In this document: one piece after another, positions 1 to 8,963 of the stretch
Layout: each line of letters starts with the position of its first letter
How positions within the stretch are numbered: position 1 is the stretch's first letter
Assembly (NCBI GenBank): GCA_021372585.1
Contig: JAJFUD010000029.1
Span: forward strand, 16,362 to 80,361
DNA: 64,000 nt
Source of the DNA: a bacterium
GTDB lineage: Bacteria > Caldisericota > Caldisericia > UBA6126
Reading direction: 5' to 3'
Notes under the pieces: generated by a model
What the model was told of the DNA's origin: nothing
What the model saw: only the letters and a program-made list of their open reading frames with translations
Databases searched by the model: none
Made by a program: the position numbers and the translations under genes

Positions 1-1803
1 AAAGGCACCGTTATCGTAGGTCATGTGGTCTTCAAACCAACACCAGTCGGTTGTGCTGTGAGACTCAAACATGGCAGTTAATTGGTCTGCATAAGTGGTC
101 ATCAATTCAGTCTTATCCTGGTAGTAGAGCGCCTGAAGAAGGATGGAGACCGCGTGGGGATGATGAAAAGAGGCTAGATGAGATTCCGATAAATCCCACA
201 ACTTTTGTGCCTGTCTGAGTAATTCGGGGGGAAGGATGTTGGCATGAAGCGTGTAAGCTAGTGACCATAAAGCTCTCGCATTGGCGCTTTCAAGCTCTTC
301 CTCCTGGTTTTGCAAAGTGGGGTTTTTGTGGATATCAATGTAGTTGAAAAATGTGCCGTGATCGGTTTGGCAGAGGTCGATAAAATTCAAATAGATTTTT
401 GCCAGGTAGAGGACGGTTTTTTTGGCTGGATAGTCTGATTGTAAGATCATATTCATCACGATAAGAGCACGGGCGTTATCATCGAGGGTGTATCCATGCG
501 CTACATTCTTTTTTTTCAAGTTTGAAAACTGAAACAATCCATTTTGGTCAGTCATTTCCCTCAGGTGATCGAGCTTGATCGGATTGAGCAAGAAAAGATG
601 AGGGATGGATTTTGTTTTTGTTTGAATCAGCAGATCCAGGTATTGGTAGCCGATATTGGGCCATATCATATGCCGGGTTTTTCGATAGGCTTGAAGATGC
701 ATTTTATGGACACCTTCCTGATCCTGAAGCATGGTTAGAAGTGCTTGAGTGAAGGCTTCCGGTTGTTTGGGGGGTACCAACCTGCCGACATCCGGTGTGA
801 CAAAATCCTCGGATTGGCTGAATTGAGTGGAGAGAGTCGCTCTCCCGGTGCCTAATGCATAGGAAAGCGTACCGCTGACCGCTTGCTGGGGGTCGGTTGA
901 GGTGGCGATATAGATATCGGTGGATTGCAAATAAGAGAGAATCTCCTGGAGCGTCATAAAAGCGTCATGAAAATACACATGGTGTTCCAGATGGAGCTCT
1001 TTGACAAGTTTCATCAGCTCTAGCCGGTAAGATTCTCCTTCCCGCAACAGAATGTTGGGATGGGTCTTCCCCAGGATTCGGTAAATCGTTTGAGGAAATT
1101 GTTTCACAACAGGAGGGAGCGACCGAATGACATATTCGATGCCTTTCCCTCGGCTTAACAGGCCAAAGGTGGTTAGGTTGATGGTTTTTTGCATTTTCAT
1201 AGATTTTTTGTAATCTTCGGGATAACTAAACGGTAATGGGTGGATGCCATGAGGGATGGAATGAATTTTGGCTTTCTGGTCCGGATACTGATGAATCAGG
1301 ATATCCCGGGAGCGGTCAGTCAGGACGACGATGGTTTCTGCACGGTTCATTAGCTCATCCTGAATGATTTTCAGTTCGTCGGGGATTCGGGATAAGACCG
1401 TATGAAAGGTAATTAATAGAGGTTTGTTCAAATTGCGGGTGAATGACAACAGATGATCCCCTGCATTTCCGCCAAAAATACCATACTCATGCTGAATGAT
1501 GACCCAAGCTACCTGGGGATTGTTGTTGAGCGAGAGGGCTAATTTTTTGTAATCGGCGGTGCTTTCAGGATTGATCTGCCAACTCACTTCCTCTGGGTAT
1601 TGCAGGCGGTGCAGAGCAGAAGGGTTGATCGCTGCCACGCGGATATTGATTTGATGAGCGGAGATGAGCAAGATAGCGTCAAGCAGGTCTTTGGTAAACG
1701 TGGCGATGCCGTCTTCCCTCGGAGAATAAGTCGATAATACGACGATTTGTTTTAATGCTTCCGGGAAAGAAGTGGTCTCTTGGTTATTTTCTTTGATAGT
1801 CAT
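1..1803 (-). CDS. GT4 glycosyltransferase with C-terminal glycosidase-like domain (3'-truncated by window edge)
   Basis: Not in ORF track (no stop inside window). Manual translation from ATG at 1803: MTIKENNQ...VLSTYSPREDGIATFTKDLL; spot checks in frame give AVSGTLSYALGTGR, LDHLREMTDQNGLFQFS, HGYTLDDNARAL, WCWFEDHMTYDNGAF, motifs of long GT4 fusion proteins. Not every codon was checked. Confidence 0.85.
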   Translation of the reverse strand, partial: MTIKENNQETTSFPEALKQIVVLSTYSPREDGIATFTKDLLDAILLISAHQINIRVAAINPSALHRLQYPEEVSWQINPESTADYKKLALSLNNNPQVAWVIIQHEYGIFGGNAGDHLLSFTRNLNKPLLITFHTVLSRIPDELKIIQDELMNRAETIVVLTDRSRDILIHQYPDQKAKIHSIPHGIHPLPFSYPEDYKKSMKMQKTINLTTFGLLSRGKGIEYVIRSLPPVVKQFPQTIYRILGKTHPNILLREGESYRLELMKLVKELHLEHHVYFHDAFMTLQEILSYLQSTDIYIATSTDPQQAVSGTLSYALGTGRATLSTQFSQSEDFVTPDVGRLVPPKQPEAFTQALLTMLQDQEGVHKMHLQAYRKTRHMIWPNIGYQYLDLLIQTKTKSIPHLFLLNPIKLDHLREMTDQNGLFQFSNLKKKNVAHGYTLDDNARALIVMNMILQSDYPAKKTVLYLAKIYLNFIDLCQTDHGTFFNYIDIHKNPTLQNQEEELESANARALWSLAYTLHANILPPELLRQAQKLWDLSESHLASFHHPHAVSILLQALYYQDKTELMTTYADQLTAMFESHSTTDWCWFEDHMTYDNGAF

Positions 1804-2263
1804 CCTCCAACCTCTCAATATCTTCCTCTGTAGAGGGATTTTCCGGATCTTCATGGATCCAGATCTCTGATACTAAGCCGGGCTTCTCCAGTCCTACTAA
1901 ACGGTGAGGGGTGTCTACCGGGATAGTGACCTGTTTGGGAGAGTACACGGTGTGTTCCTGGTCACCCAATACGATCCTGACGGGTCCCTGAAGAACCGTC
2001 CAACATTCGGCCCGTCGGTGATGCAGCTGCAAAGACAGACGTTGACCGGGTAATACCAACAGAATTTTGGGGCTGATGAGACTGCTCTTCGTGGAGGACA
2101 GAGCATACTCCGGAAAAAACAGTTTCAGAAACAACGCGGTATCGTCCGGACGAATGTGCCAAAAAGCACCCCACGGTCTTTGGATATCTTTTGATGCCGT
2201 TCGTAAACCGTGATTTTCGATCCATTTTTCTGTGGTTTGAATGATCATTTCTCTACTAATCAT
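1784..2263 (-). CDS. Cupin, mannose-6-phosphate isomerase type II C-terminal-like
   Basis: RPWG, QRLSLQLHHRRAECW, HRL motifs; next to manC/manB. Start placed at ATG 2263 (alternative 2248) because the track start overlaps manC. Confidence 0.8.
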   Translation of the reverse strand: MISREMIIQTTEKWIENHGLRTASKDIQRPWGAFWHIRPDDTALFLKLFFPEYALSSTKSSLISPKILLVLPGQRLSLQLHHRRAECWTVLQGPVRIVLGDQEHTVYSPKQVTIPVDTPHRLVGLEKPGLVSEIWIHEDPENPSTEEDIERLEDDYQRK

Positions 2264-2288
2264 GACAAAAGTATAGTATACTTTTAGC
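2264..2288. promoter_or_regulatory. Symmetric bidirectional -10 element between cupin and manC
   Basis: Perfect inverted repeat aaaagtata-g-tatactttt (2267-2285) gives TATACT on each strand, each 6 nt upstream of an ATG (2289 +, 2263 -). Confidence 0.6.
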
Positions 2289-3347
2289 ATGAAGCCAATA
2301 ATTATTTGCGGAGGAATCGGCACCAAGCTATGGCCTCTGAGCAGAAAATCCCTTCCCAAGCAATTTTTGCAGATATTTAACGGGAAATCTCTTTTTCAGT
2401 TGAACTGGGAAGCGTTAAGGACCGGTTTTCGCGCTGATGAAATCTATATTCAGACCAATGCGTTTCAGGCAGGCTTGGCGCTGGCACAGGTATCGGAGAT
2501 CATCCCGGATCACTTGTTTATTGAGCCTGAAATGCGCAACCAAGGACCGGCTACCGGTTTTTGTGCCGCAAAGCTGTATACGCTTTTTCCGGATGAAGCT
2601 TTTATGCTGGTGCAAGCGGATGTACTCAGAAAGCCAACAGAAGCGTTCATCCATTTTATTCGATATGTGGAGAAGCTGGTCTTAGAGAATCATACGTTGG
2701 TGACCGGATTGGTCAGGCCAAAGCAAGGTATTGAAGGGATCGATTTCATGATTGCGGGACAGAAGGTGTCTTCCGCTCAAGAAATGAATGTGTATCATTT
2801 GGACAAATGGGTGATGCGCAATGATCCCGACCGGAAACAATATCAGGACTCATCCAGCATTTTTGCTCATGCCAATCATTATGCGTGGACACCCAGATTG
2901 ATGCTGAACGCTTTTCAGGAGTATGCCCCGGAGTGGTATCAACCTCTGTCGAAGATGAGGGAAGCGTTCGATACCAACGATGAAGAAGCAGTGACAAAGA
3001 GGGAATATGCTCGTATGCCGGCAGGACCGATAGAAGAACGGGTGACAAACCGAATAATGGATAAGGGCTTAGTCGTGGAATGTCCGTTTGAGTGGTTGGA
3101 TTTAGGTACCTGGGACTCCTTGGAAGCCTACCGGAAAGAAACAGGCGCCGATTCTCCCTGTCCGGTCATCTCAGTTGATTCCACAAATACCTTTGTCATG
3201 GCTCAAAAAACGGTTGTCATCGTGGGGGTGGATGATTTGCAGGTGATAGATTCCAAGGATGCCTTGTTGATCACCGGGAAAAATCGCAGCCGGGAAATCG
3301 GGACAGTGTTGTCCATTTTGCAGGACAACCATCCCGAATTGCTGTAA
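2289..3347 (+). CDS. manC: Mannose-1-phosphate guanylyltransferase
   Basis: CGGIGTKLWPLSR..PKQF, EPEMRNQGPA, WLDLGTWDSL, C-terminal beta-helix segment. Confidence 0.85.
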   Translation: MKPIIICGGIGTKLWPLSRKSLPKQFLQIFNGKSLFQLNWEALRTGFRADEIYIQTNAFQAGLALAQVSEIIPDHLFIEPEMRNQGPATGFCAAKLYTLFPDEAFMLVQADVLRKPTEAFIHFIRYVEKLVLENHTLVTGLVRPKQGIEGIDFMIAGQKVSSAQEMNVYHLDKWVMRNDPDRKQYQDSSSIFAHANHYAWTPRLMLNAFQEYAPEWYQPLSKMREAFDTNDEEAVTKREYARMPAGPIEERVTNRIMDKGLVVECPFEWLDLGTWDSLEAYRKETGADSPCPVISVDSTNTFVMAQKTVVIVGVDDLQVIDSKDALLITGKNRSREIGTVLSILQDNHPELL

Positions 3348-3389
3348 AAAAATAAGAGAAGATTGTATTCTGTCTGGAAGGAGAGAGTT

Positions 3390-4763
3390 ATGGTGCATCT
3401 TCAGCCGCATATGTTTCGCCAGTATGATATTCGGGGTGTGGTAGGGTCAGAGCTAAACGACGAGACCGTCACACAGTTGTCCAAGGCGTTTGCCTTCTAT
3501 TTTCTGCAAAAAGGATCCCGCCGTGTGTTGATCGGACAGGATAACCGGACTTCCTCGGATCCCTTTGCGGAACTCATGACCTCCGTGTTTCTGGCTTCGG
3601 GCTTATCGGTCGTGAAGCTTGGCACCGTGACCACGCCTATGCTGTATTTCGCTTCCCGGGTGTTGGAAATCGAAGCTGGTATCATGATTACAGCGAGTCA
3701 CAACCCCAAGGATTACAATGGTTTTAAGGTGTTACTCGGTCCTTCCACCATTTACGGGGAGGAGATACAAGCGATTTACCGTTTATGTGAAGAGGGCGAC
3801 TGGGCACCTCAGGCGCACAAGGGACATGAAGAGAGTGTCGATATTCAGCCTCAATACCGCGATTACCTGTGGCAGTCGGTCAACCTTGGACCCAAGAAAC
3901 TAAAAGTCGTGCTGGATTGCGGCAACGGTACGGCTTCGTTGTCCAGTCCGGAAATTTTCAAACATTATGCCGGTGAAGTAAAGGAGCTGTACTGCACTTC
4001 CGATCCGGATTTCCCGAACCACTTTCCCGATCCAACCAAAGTTGCCAATATGCAGGAAGCGGCGGATTGGGTGGTACAAAAGGGATTTGATTTAGCCATT
4101 GGGCTCGATGGGGACGGGGATCGTCTGGGTGTGGCAGATGACCGGGGTAACATGGTGTGGGGGGATATGCTCATGGTGCTTTATGCCAGGGAAATACTCG
4201 CTAAGCATCCTGGGGAGACGGTACTGGTGGAGGTGAAATGCTCCCAACTCCTGGTGGATGAGATCAGGAAGCTTGGCGGTAAGCCTGTGATCTACAAAAC
4301 CGGGCATTCCCTGATTAAGGCGAAGATGAGGGAGCTGGATGCGATCCTGGCGGGTGAAATGTCGGGGCATTTGTTCCTGAAAGACGAGTATTTCGGGTTT
4401 GATGACGCCACCTACGCGGCTTTACGGTTAATGCGGATACTATCCAATACGGACCAATCGATCTCTCAGCTTTTATCGGATTTGCCAAAAGTCTTTTCTA
4501 CGCCAGAAATTCGGGTGCATGTGCCGGAGAAAGAGAAATTACAGAAAGTGGAGCAAGCCGTACAGTATCTCTCCTCCCGGTTTGAATCGCTGACCATTGA
4601 CGGAGTACGGGCGGTGATGCATGGAGGATGGGGATTGGTCAGGGCTTCCAATACAGGACCTGAACTGATTATTCGGGCAGAGGGTCCCTCTCCGGAGGCT
4701 TTGGATCATATTAAAAAAGAGCTGGAATTGTCCTTACGACCGTTGATTATTCCTTGGGAGTAG
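3390..4763 (+). CDS. manB: Phosphomannomutase/phosphoglucomutase
   Basis: FRQYDIRG, TASHNP catalytic Ser, DGDGDR metal loop, GEMSGH, RASNT; RBS gaaggag before ATG 3390. Confidence 0.92.
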   Translation: MVHLQPHMFRQYDIRGVVGSELNDETVTQLSKAFAFYFLQKGSRRVLIGQDNRTSSDPFAELMTSVFLASGLSVVKLGTVTTPMLYFASRVLEIEAGIMITASHNPKDYNGFKVLLGPSTIYGEEIQAIYRLCEEGDWAPQAHKGHEESVDIQPQYRDYLWQSVNLGPKKLKVVLDCGNGTASLSSPEIFKHYAGEVKELYCTSDPDFPNHFPDPTKVANMQEAADWVVQKGFDLAIGLDGDGDRLGVADDRGNMVWGDMLMVLYAREILAKHPGETVLVEVKCSQLLVDEIRKLGGKPVIYKTGHSLIKAKMRELDAILAGEMSGHLFLKDEYFGFDDATYAALRLMRILSNTDQSISQLLSDLPKVFSTPEIRVHVPEKEKLQKVEQAVQYLSSRFESLTIDGVRAVMHGGWGLVRASNTGPELIIRAEGPSPEALDHIKKELELSLRPLIIPWE

Positions 4764-5393
4764 CCAATACCGATATCGTCCCCAGGAGCAGAAAAGCAAG
4801 AATAGCGATCCCGCCGGTAATCATGATCGAGGGGTACAGCCCACCGAAACCATTGAATTTGGAGTAGTGCCGAATCAGGATACCGAGATACGCCCAGATA
4901 AAGACGAGTAGGTAGCCAAAATCTTTGAAACGAAGCGTTGTGAGAATGCCGATCACTGCGCCGATGACGAGGACAATGACCGTCCATACAACGGGAGAAA
5001 GACCGAAACGACCCCAATGGATGCTGATGAGAAACACCGTGGCGTTGGCGATCGTCGCGACGGAAATCCAACCGAAATAGACGCTGAATGGCAGACGGAC
5101 AACCAGCTTTTCGAGATGGGTGAGTTCAAAGCCTTGGAAAACGAGAGCGATTTTCAGCAGACACAAAAGCAGTAAAACCATCAACAGCAGGGAGAGCCAG
5201 ATTACCTTAAAATGCCAGGCGAAAATCCAGGCGCTGTGAGCAGACAGGTGAGGATAAACCAGAACCCAACTTGGTTGAGCAGGGCGTAGTGCTTGTCTTT
5301 GGCGCGGATTACACCGACGTGGAAGAGAGTGTATAACAACAATAGCAGATAGATTACTCCCCAAATACTGAACGTGCTGGCTGCGGGAGTGAA
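4747..5393 (-). pseudogene. TspO-like tryptophan-rich membrane protein; 5'-truncated and frameshifted
   Basis: FTPAASTFSIWGVIY in one frame continues as SAWIFAW...PFSVYFGWISVATIAN in another (apparent 1-nt loss near 5237); no N-terminus upstream of about 5393. Confidence 0.7.
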
Positions 5394-5394
5394 T

Positions 5395-5703
5395 TTCGCA
5401 CTGTATGGGCTGATTAAGAAAATGACCCCGCTTTCACCGATTAATTCCCTTACTTTAGAGACGTTTGTCTCTTCTTTCCCGGCGTTAGGATACTGGGTGT
5501 GGTTACTTTGGCAGCAACAAAGTGCGTTTATCGGTTCCTGGAGTGTCGTGCACCTGTATTTGTGGGGAGCGGGAATTGTCACGGCGGCACCCTTAATCCT
5601 GTTTAATATCGGGGCCAAGCGATTACCCCTCTATATCATCGGTCTATTCCAGTATATTACCCCCACTATGGCGTATCATAAATCCTCAAACCAGTCTGTA
5701 TAA
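5395..5703 (+). pseudogene. rarD: RarD/EamA transporter internal fragment
   Basis: FALYGLIKK...LETF...GAGIVTAAPLILFNIGAKRLPL..IGLFQYITPT matches the C-terminal half of RarD; N-terminal half and last helices are missing. Confidence 0.75.
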
Positions 5704-6190
5704 AATTTTTGGTTGAGCTTTTTTAAACTGATGATATAGTAATAGATGAAAGGCGTAGGGGGCTTAAAACCGTATAAGGTAAGAAGGCTTTGATAGAGTC
5801 TTGTGGTCTAAGCCTTAGTGCTTAGTCAGGATATGGCTAACGGGGAAAAACGGAGTGTTATTTGCTAATTAAGTTTTATGTAAAAAGTAGAGACTATTGT
5901 ATTTTTTTAGTAAAATTTTATTTTATTCTTTTACTCCATCGTCGCTTTTTTTCCTTTGTAAATCAGGCAGTCAACCTGGCCAAATCAAAAGAACAGAGTG
6001 AAATTTTGCACATACAGTATTTTGGGTGGTAAGCGCGTGAACTCAAAAAAAATCCTAGACTGCTGTATAGGTATGAATACTCTCTCGAAAGGACATCCAT
6101 TTATCATGTAGCTGAACTTAAATGATGTACTGACTGAAAAGTAACGGAAGTAATGGAGTATTTTATTTATCATAAGAAAAGAAGCGTAAT

Positions 6191-7654
6191 ATGAAAGATG
6201 GATTGGATGATTTCCCAAAAGGGATACTAACGGAAAAAAAGGTTTACAGAAGCCCAACCTTATTCAAAGCTCTTTCAGAAGATATGCTGATGGGTATTGT
6301 GGTGTTTGATCAGGACAACATTTTGTTCGCTAATCCTTATGCAATCAAATTATTTGGTTATGCAGAGGAGCAATTACTGGAAAAGAGCTGGATAAGCTTG
6401 TTTCATCATGAGATCCAATCCAATATTCAGAAAGATACCATTAAGATGTTTCAGGGTGAGTTGGAAACAAGCCATTTTGAGGGTAAAATCCGCACGATCG
6501 ATAGTCGAGAGTGTTGGGTAATGGTCAATGTAAAAGTGCTTCAGTACGGTGGAAAGCAGTATGGGATTGCCAATTTTTACGATATTACCGAGAAGCAAAA
6601 AGCCCAGGAAGAATGGGAAAGCGTATTCGATTCTATACTTGATTATATTTTTATCATCGATACTAACTTTACGATCTTAAAAGCCAATAAAGCGTTTAAG
6701 AGCATCGAATACCTTCATAACAAAGAGGTAATTGGGAAAAAATGCTATGAATTAATTGATGGAAAATATGAATTGTGTAAGAATTGCGTTGCATTAAAGA
6801 CGGGTAAGGATAAAAAGAACCATGTTGAAGAATGGAGAGATCCAAGAACAAACCAGTATTTTTTGGTTTCTGTCTCACCCTTGGCCGACAATTCCGGTTC
6901 AGTAAAGAGTTTTGTTCATCTGGCGAAAGACATATCCGGATTAAAGCAGATTGAGAAGAACTTAAAGAATTCGCTGAATAAACAATCCAACCTGATCTCG
7001 ATTGTCTCACACGAACTGCGAACGCCTCTGACAGCGATCAAGGGAGGAGTAGATCTGGTCGGTAGTGAATTTGAAAAGAATTTGGATGAGAATCTCTCCA
7101 ACGTTTTGAAGATCATCCAGCGAAACATCAACCGGCTGGTTGATTATATCAATAGCATGCTTGATTTCCAAAAACTGGAATCCGGTAAGGTGCAATTTAA
7201 TATTGAGAGCAACAATATCAATGACTTGTTGACAGAAGTGTATGGATTGATGTATTCTTTAGTGACACACAAAGGGATTGAGTTTAAGCTGGATCTTGAT
7301 ATGGCTTTGCCAATGATTAAAATGGACCGGGACAAGATCATTCAAGTTGTGATTAACCTTATCAATAATGCCATTAAATTCACCAAAGCTGGTTCGATAA
7401 CGATAAAATCCAAGAATATTAACAAATTTGTTCAGGTCACTATAACCGATACGGGAACTGGCATTAAAAACACCGAACTGCCTTATATTTTTGACTCCTT
7501 CGTTCAATTTGGCGAGCCTGAGAACCGCATCGGGGGATCTGGGATTGGATTGACAATTTGTAAAGAGATCGTTGAATGGCATGGAGGCAAGATTTGGGCG
7601 GAATCTGAGTACAAAAAAGGCACCTGTCTCCACTTCATCCTCCCCCTCCCCTAA
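6191..7654 (+). CDS. Cytoplasmic PAS-PAS sensor histidine kinase
   Basis: Two PAS-like segments, H box SHELRTPL, N box NLINNAIKF, DTGTGI, GSGIGL; no transmembrane segment. Confidence 0.92.
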   Translation: MKDGLDDFPKGILTEKKVYRSPTLFKALSEDMLMGIVVFDQDNILFANPYAIKLFGYAEEQLLEKSWISLFHHEIQSNIQKDTIKMFQGELETSHFEGKIRTIDSRECWVMVNVKVLQYGGKQYGIANFYDITEKQKAQEEWESVFDSILDYIFIIDTNFTILKANKAFKSIEYLHNKEVIGKKCYELIDGKYELCKNCVALKTGKDKKNHVEEWRDPRTNQYFLVSVSPLADNSGSVKSFVHLAKDISGLKQIEKNLKNSLNKQSNLISIVSHELRTPLTAIKGGVDLVGSEFEKNLDENLSNVLKIIQRNINRLVDYINSMLDFQKLESGKVQFNIESNNINDLLTEVYGLMYSLVTHKGIEFKLDLDMALPMIKMDRDKIIQVVINLINNAIKFTKAGSITIKSKNINKFVQVTITDTGTGIKNTELPYIFDSFVQFGEPENRIGGSGIGLTICKEIVEWHGGKIWAESEYKKGTCLHFILPLP

Positions 7655-7690
7655 AAAAAATAAATTGGGACAGTCCCAATTTATTTTTTT
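7654..7690. repeat. Perfect 37-bp palindrome (REP-like; could also be a bidirectional terminator)
   Basis: aaaaaaataaattgggac-a-gtcccaatttattttttt; 18-bp arms. Confidence 0.9.
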
Positions 7691-8427
7691 AAAGCTTTTA
7701 CAACAAAGTGTTTGCTAATATGTAGATGTCTGACTAGTTGATCAATCGTAGCATTCGTGTCGGCTTTGATTAAACGAATCATATTAAATTGTTCTGGAAG
7801 ATCAAATTTATGAAATTCCGTTAAACCGACCATATGATTAATCGCTGTTATCACCTCCTCATCACTCGGTTTTTCCTTCAGTGAAATATCTAAAATATTC
7901 TCTTGAGGAGCTTCTTTATGATAATTCAAAAGTGCGGATTGATTCCCAAACAAATTTATTGCAAATTCAGTATCTGTTATCCCAACAGAAGAAATATAAT
8001 CATTGAAACTAGACCAGGGGTACTCTTCAATTTGCTTGCATAAGCCAGCTTTTATAGGGTTATAATGAATGTATCTGAGGATTGCAATAAAGTATTCATC
8101 ATTTTGAACCACCTCACTTTTGTACCTATCTTGAAACAAATGACCGACTCTACTGAATATTTTGTTGTAATGTTGGGCATAGCTGGTACCAATATGATGA
8201 ATAAATTTTCCCGGATTCTCATCAAATGATCGAATGAGAAAGTGTGTGTGATTTGGCATTAAGCAATAGGCATATAGAGCCATGTGACATTTTTCTTTTG
8301 CTTTTCGCATCAAATAGAAGAAATATTGATAATGTTCTTCTTGAAAAAAAATGGGTTGTTTGTTGATTCCTCTCATCATAATATGTAAAATTCCAGATTC
8401 ACTAATCTGTCTTGCTTTTCTTGGCAT
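7681..8427 (-). CDS. REP-associated tyrosine transposase (RAYT, Y1_Tnp)
   Basis: MPRKAR..HIMMRGINKQPIF, YCLMPNHTHF (HUH), GHLFQDRYKS, YIHYNPIKAG (catalytic Tyr), YPWSS; RBS gggaggga and TG-A-TATACT upstream of ATG 8427. Confidence 0.9.
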   Translation of the reverse strand: MPRKARQISESGILHIMMRGINKQPIFFQEEHYQYFFYLMRKAKEKCHMALYAYCLMPNHTHFLIRSFDENPGKFIHHIGTSYAQHYNKIFSRVGHLFQDRYKSEVVQNDEYFIAILRYIHYNPIKAGLCKQIEEYPWSSFNDYISSVGITDTEFAINLFGNQSALLNYHKEAPQENILDISLKEKPSDEEVITAINHMVGLTEFHKFDLPEQFNMIRLIKADTNATIDQLVRHLHISKHFVVKALKK

Positions 8428-8462
8428 ATTTCCCTCCCTGTACCATAATAGTATATCAAAAA

Positions 8463-8507
8463 AAAATAAATTGGGACTGTCCCAATTTATTTTCCAATTT
8501 ATTTTTT
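8463..8507. repeat. Second copy of the palindrome plus partial duplication of one arm
   Basis: aaaataaattgggac-t-gtcccaatttatttt, then c and an extra caatttatttttt. Confidence 0.9.
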
Positions 8508-8963
8508 GTATGGCTGTAAACGGGAGATAGCAGAAATACAAGCGATAGGAGATCAGAAAAAAGAGAAAAATGCAAATAAATGCAATTCTACGCACGAAAA
8601 AATGTTAAATATAGAATTAGCTATTTGAAGAAAATAAACACTTGGAAAAATTGATTTATTGACGAGGAAAATTTTTTCATGTTTATTCATTCATGTTGAT
8701 TATCGTATCTAGCTTGATAAATAAAAAAAATAGGATTTAAACCAACCAAGTATGCCAAAAGGGTAAAAATCAAAAGTGAGGATGTTGGATAAATAGAAAA
8801 AACATAGAATAATAAATAAGGGGATGAATTCAAAACAGATTAGCAAGGAAGGTCAACAATCAGATAAAGGCAGGATCATCAAGCGTTACAAATCCTTACG
8901 GAGAAATTTCTACATAAGGGCTTTTTCCGTATACTTATTATTATCATCGTTAAAAGGAGTAGA

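Larger units (their letters stand above)
7654..8507 (-). mobile_element. RAYT/IS200-like unit bounded by two matching palindromes
   Basis: HUH transposase with a TAAATTGGGAC-W-GTCCCAATTTA palindrome at each end, the copies in inverted orientation (central A vs T). Confidence 0.7.

Noticed and set aside
4110-4125. GGGGACGGGG matching the 31.5-kb hairpin core
   Set aside because: Encodes the conserved DGDGDR motif of phosphomannomutase; no second arm.
5745-5860. Possible structured RNA (c-di-GMP riboswitch or tmRNA-like start) upstream of the kinase
   Set aside because: Only fragments (ggtctaag, a 7-bp aaggctt/aagcctt stem); the GCAAA/GACGCAAA core and tmRNA T-arm are missing. An Rfam scan would settle it.
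5985-6257. 90-aa minus-strand ORF
   Set aside because: Overlaps the kinase start and AT-rich upstream DNA; no recognisable features.
8428-8595. N-terminal extension of the transposase in the ORF track
   Set aside because: Runs through the palindrome and promoter; RBS and family N-terminus (MPRKAR) place the start at 8427.
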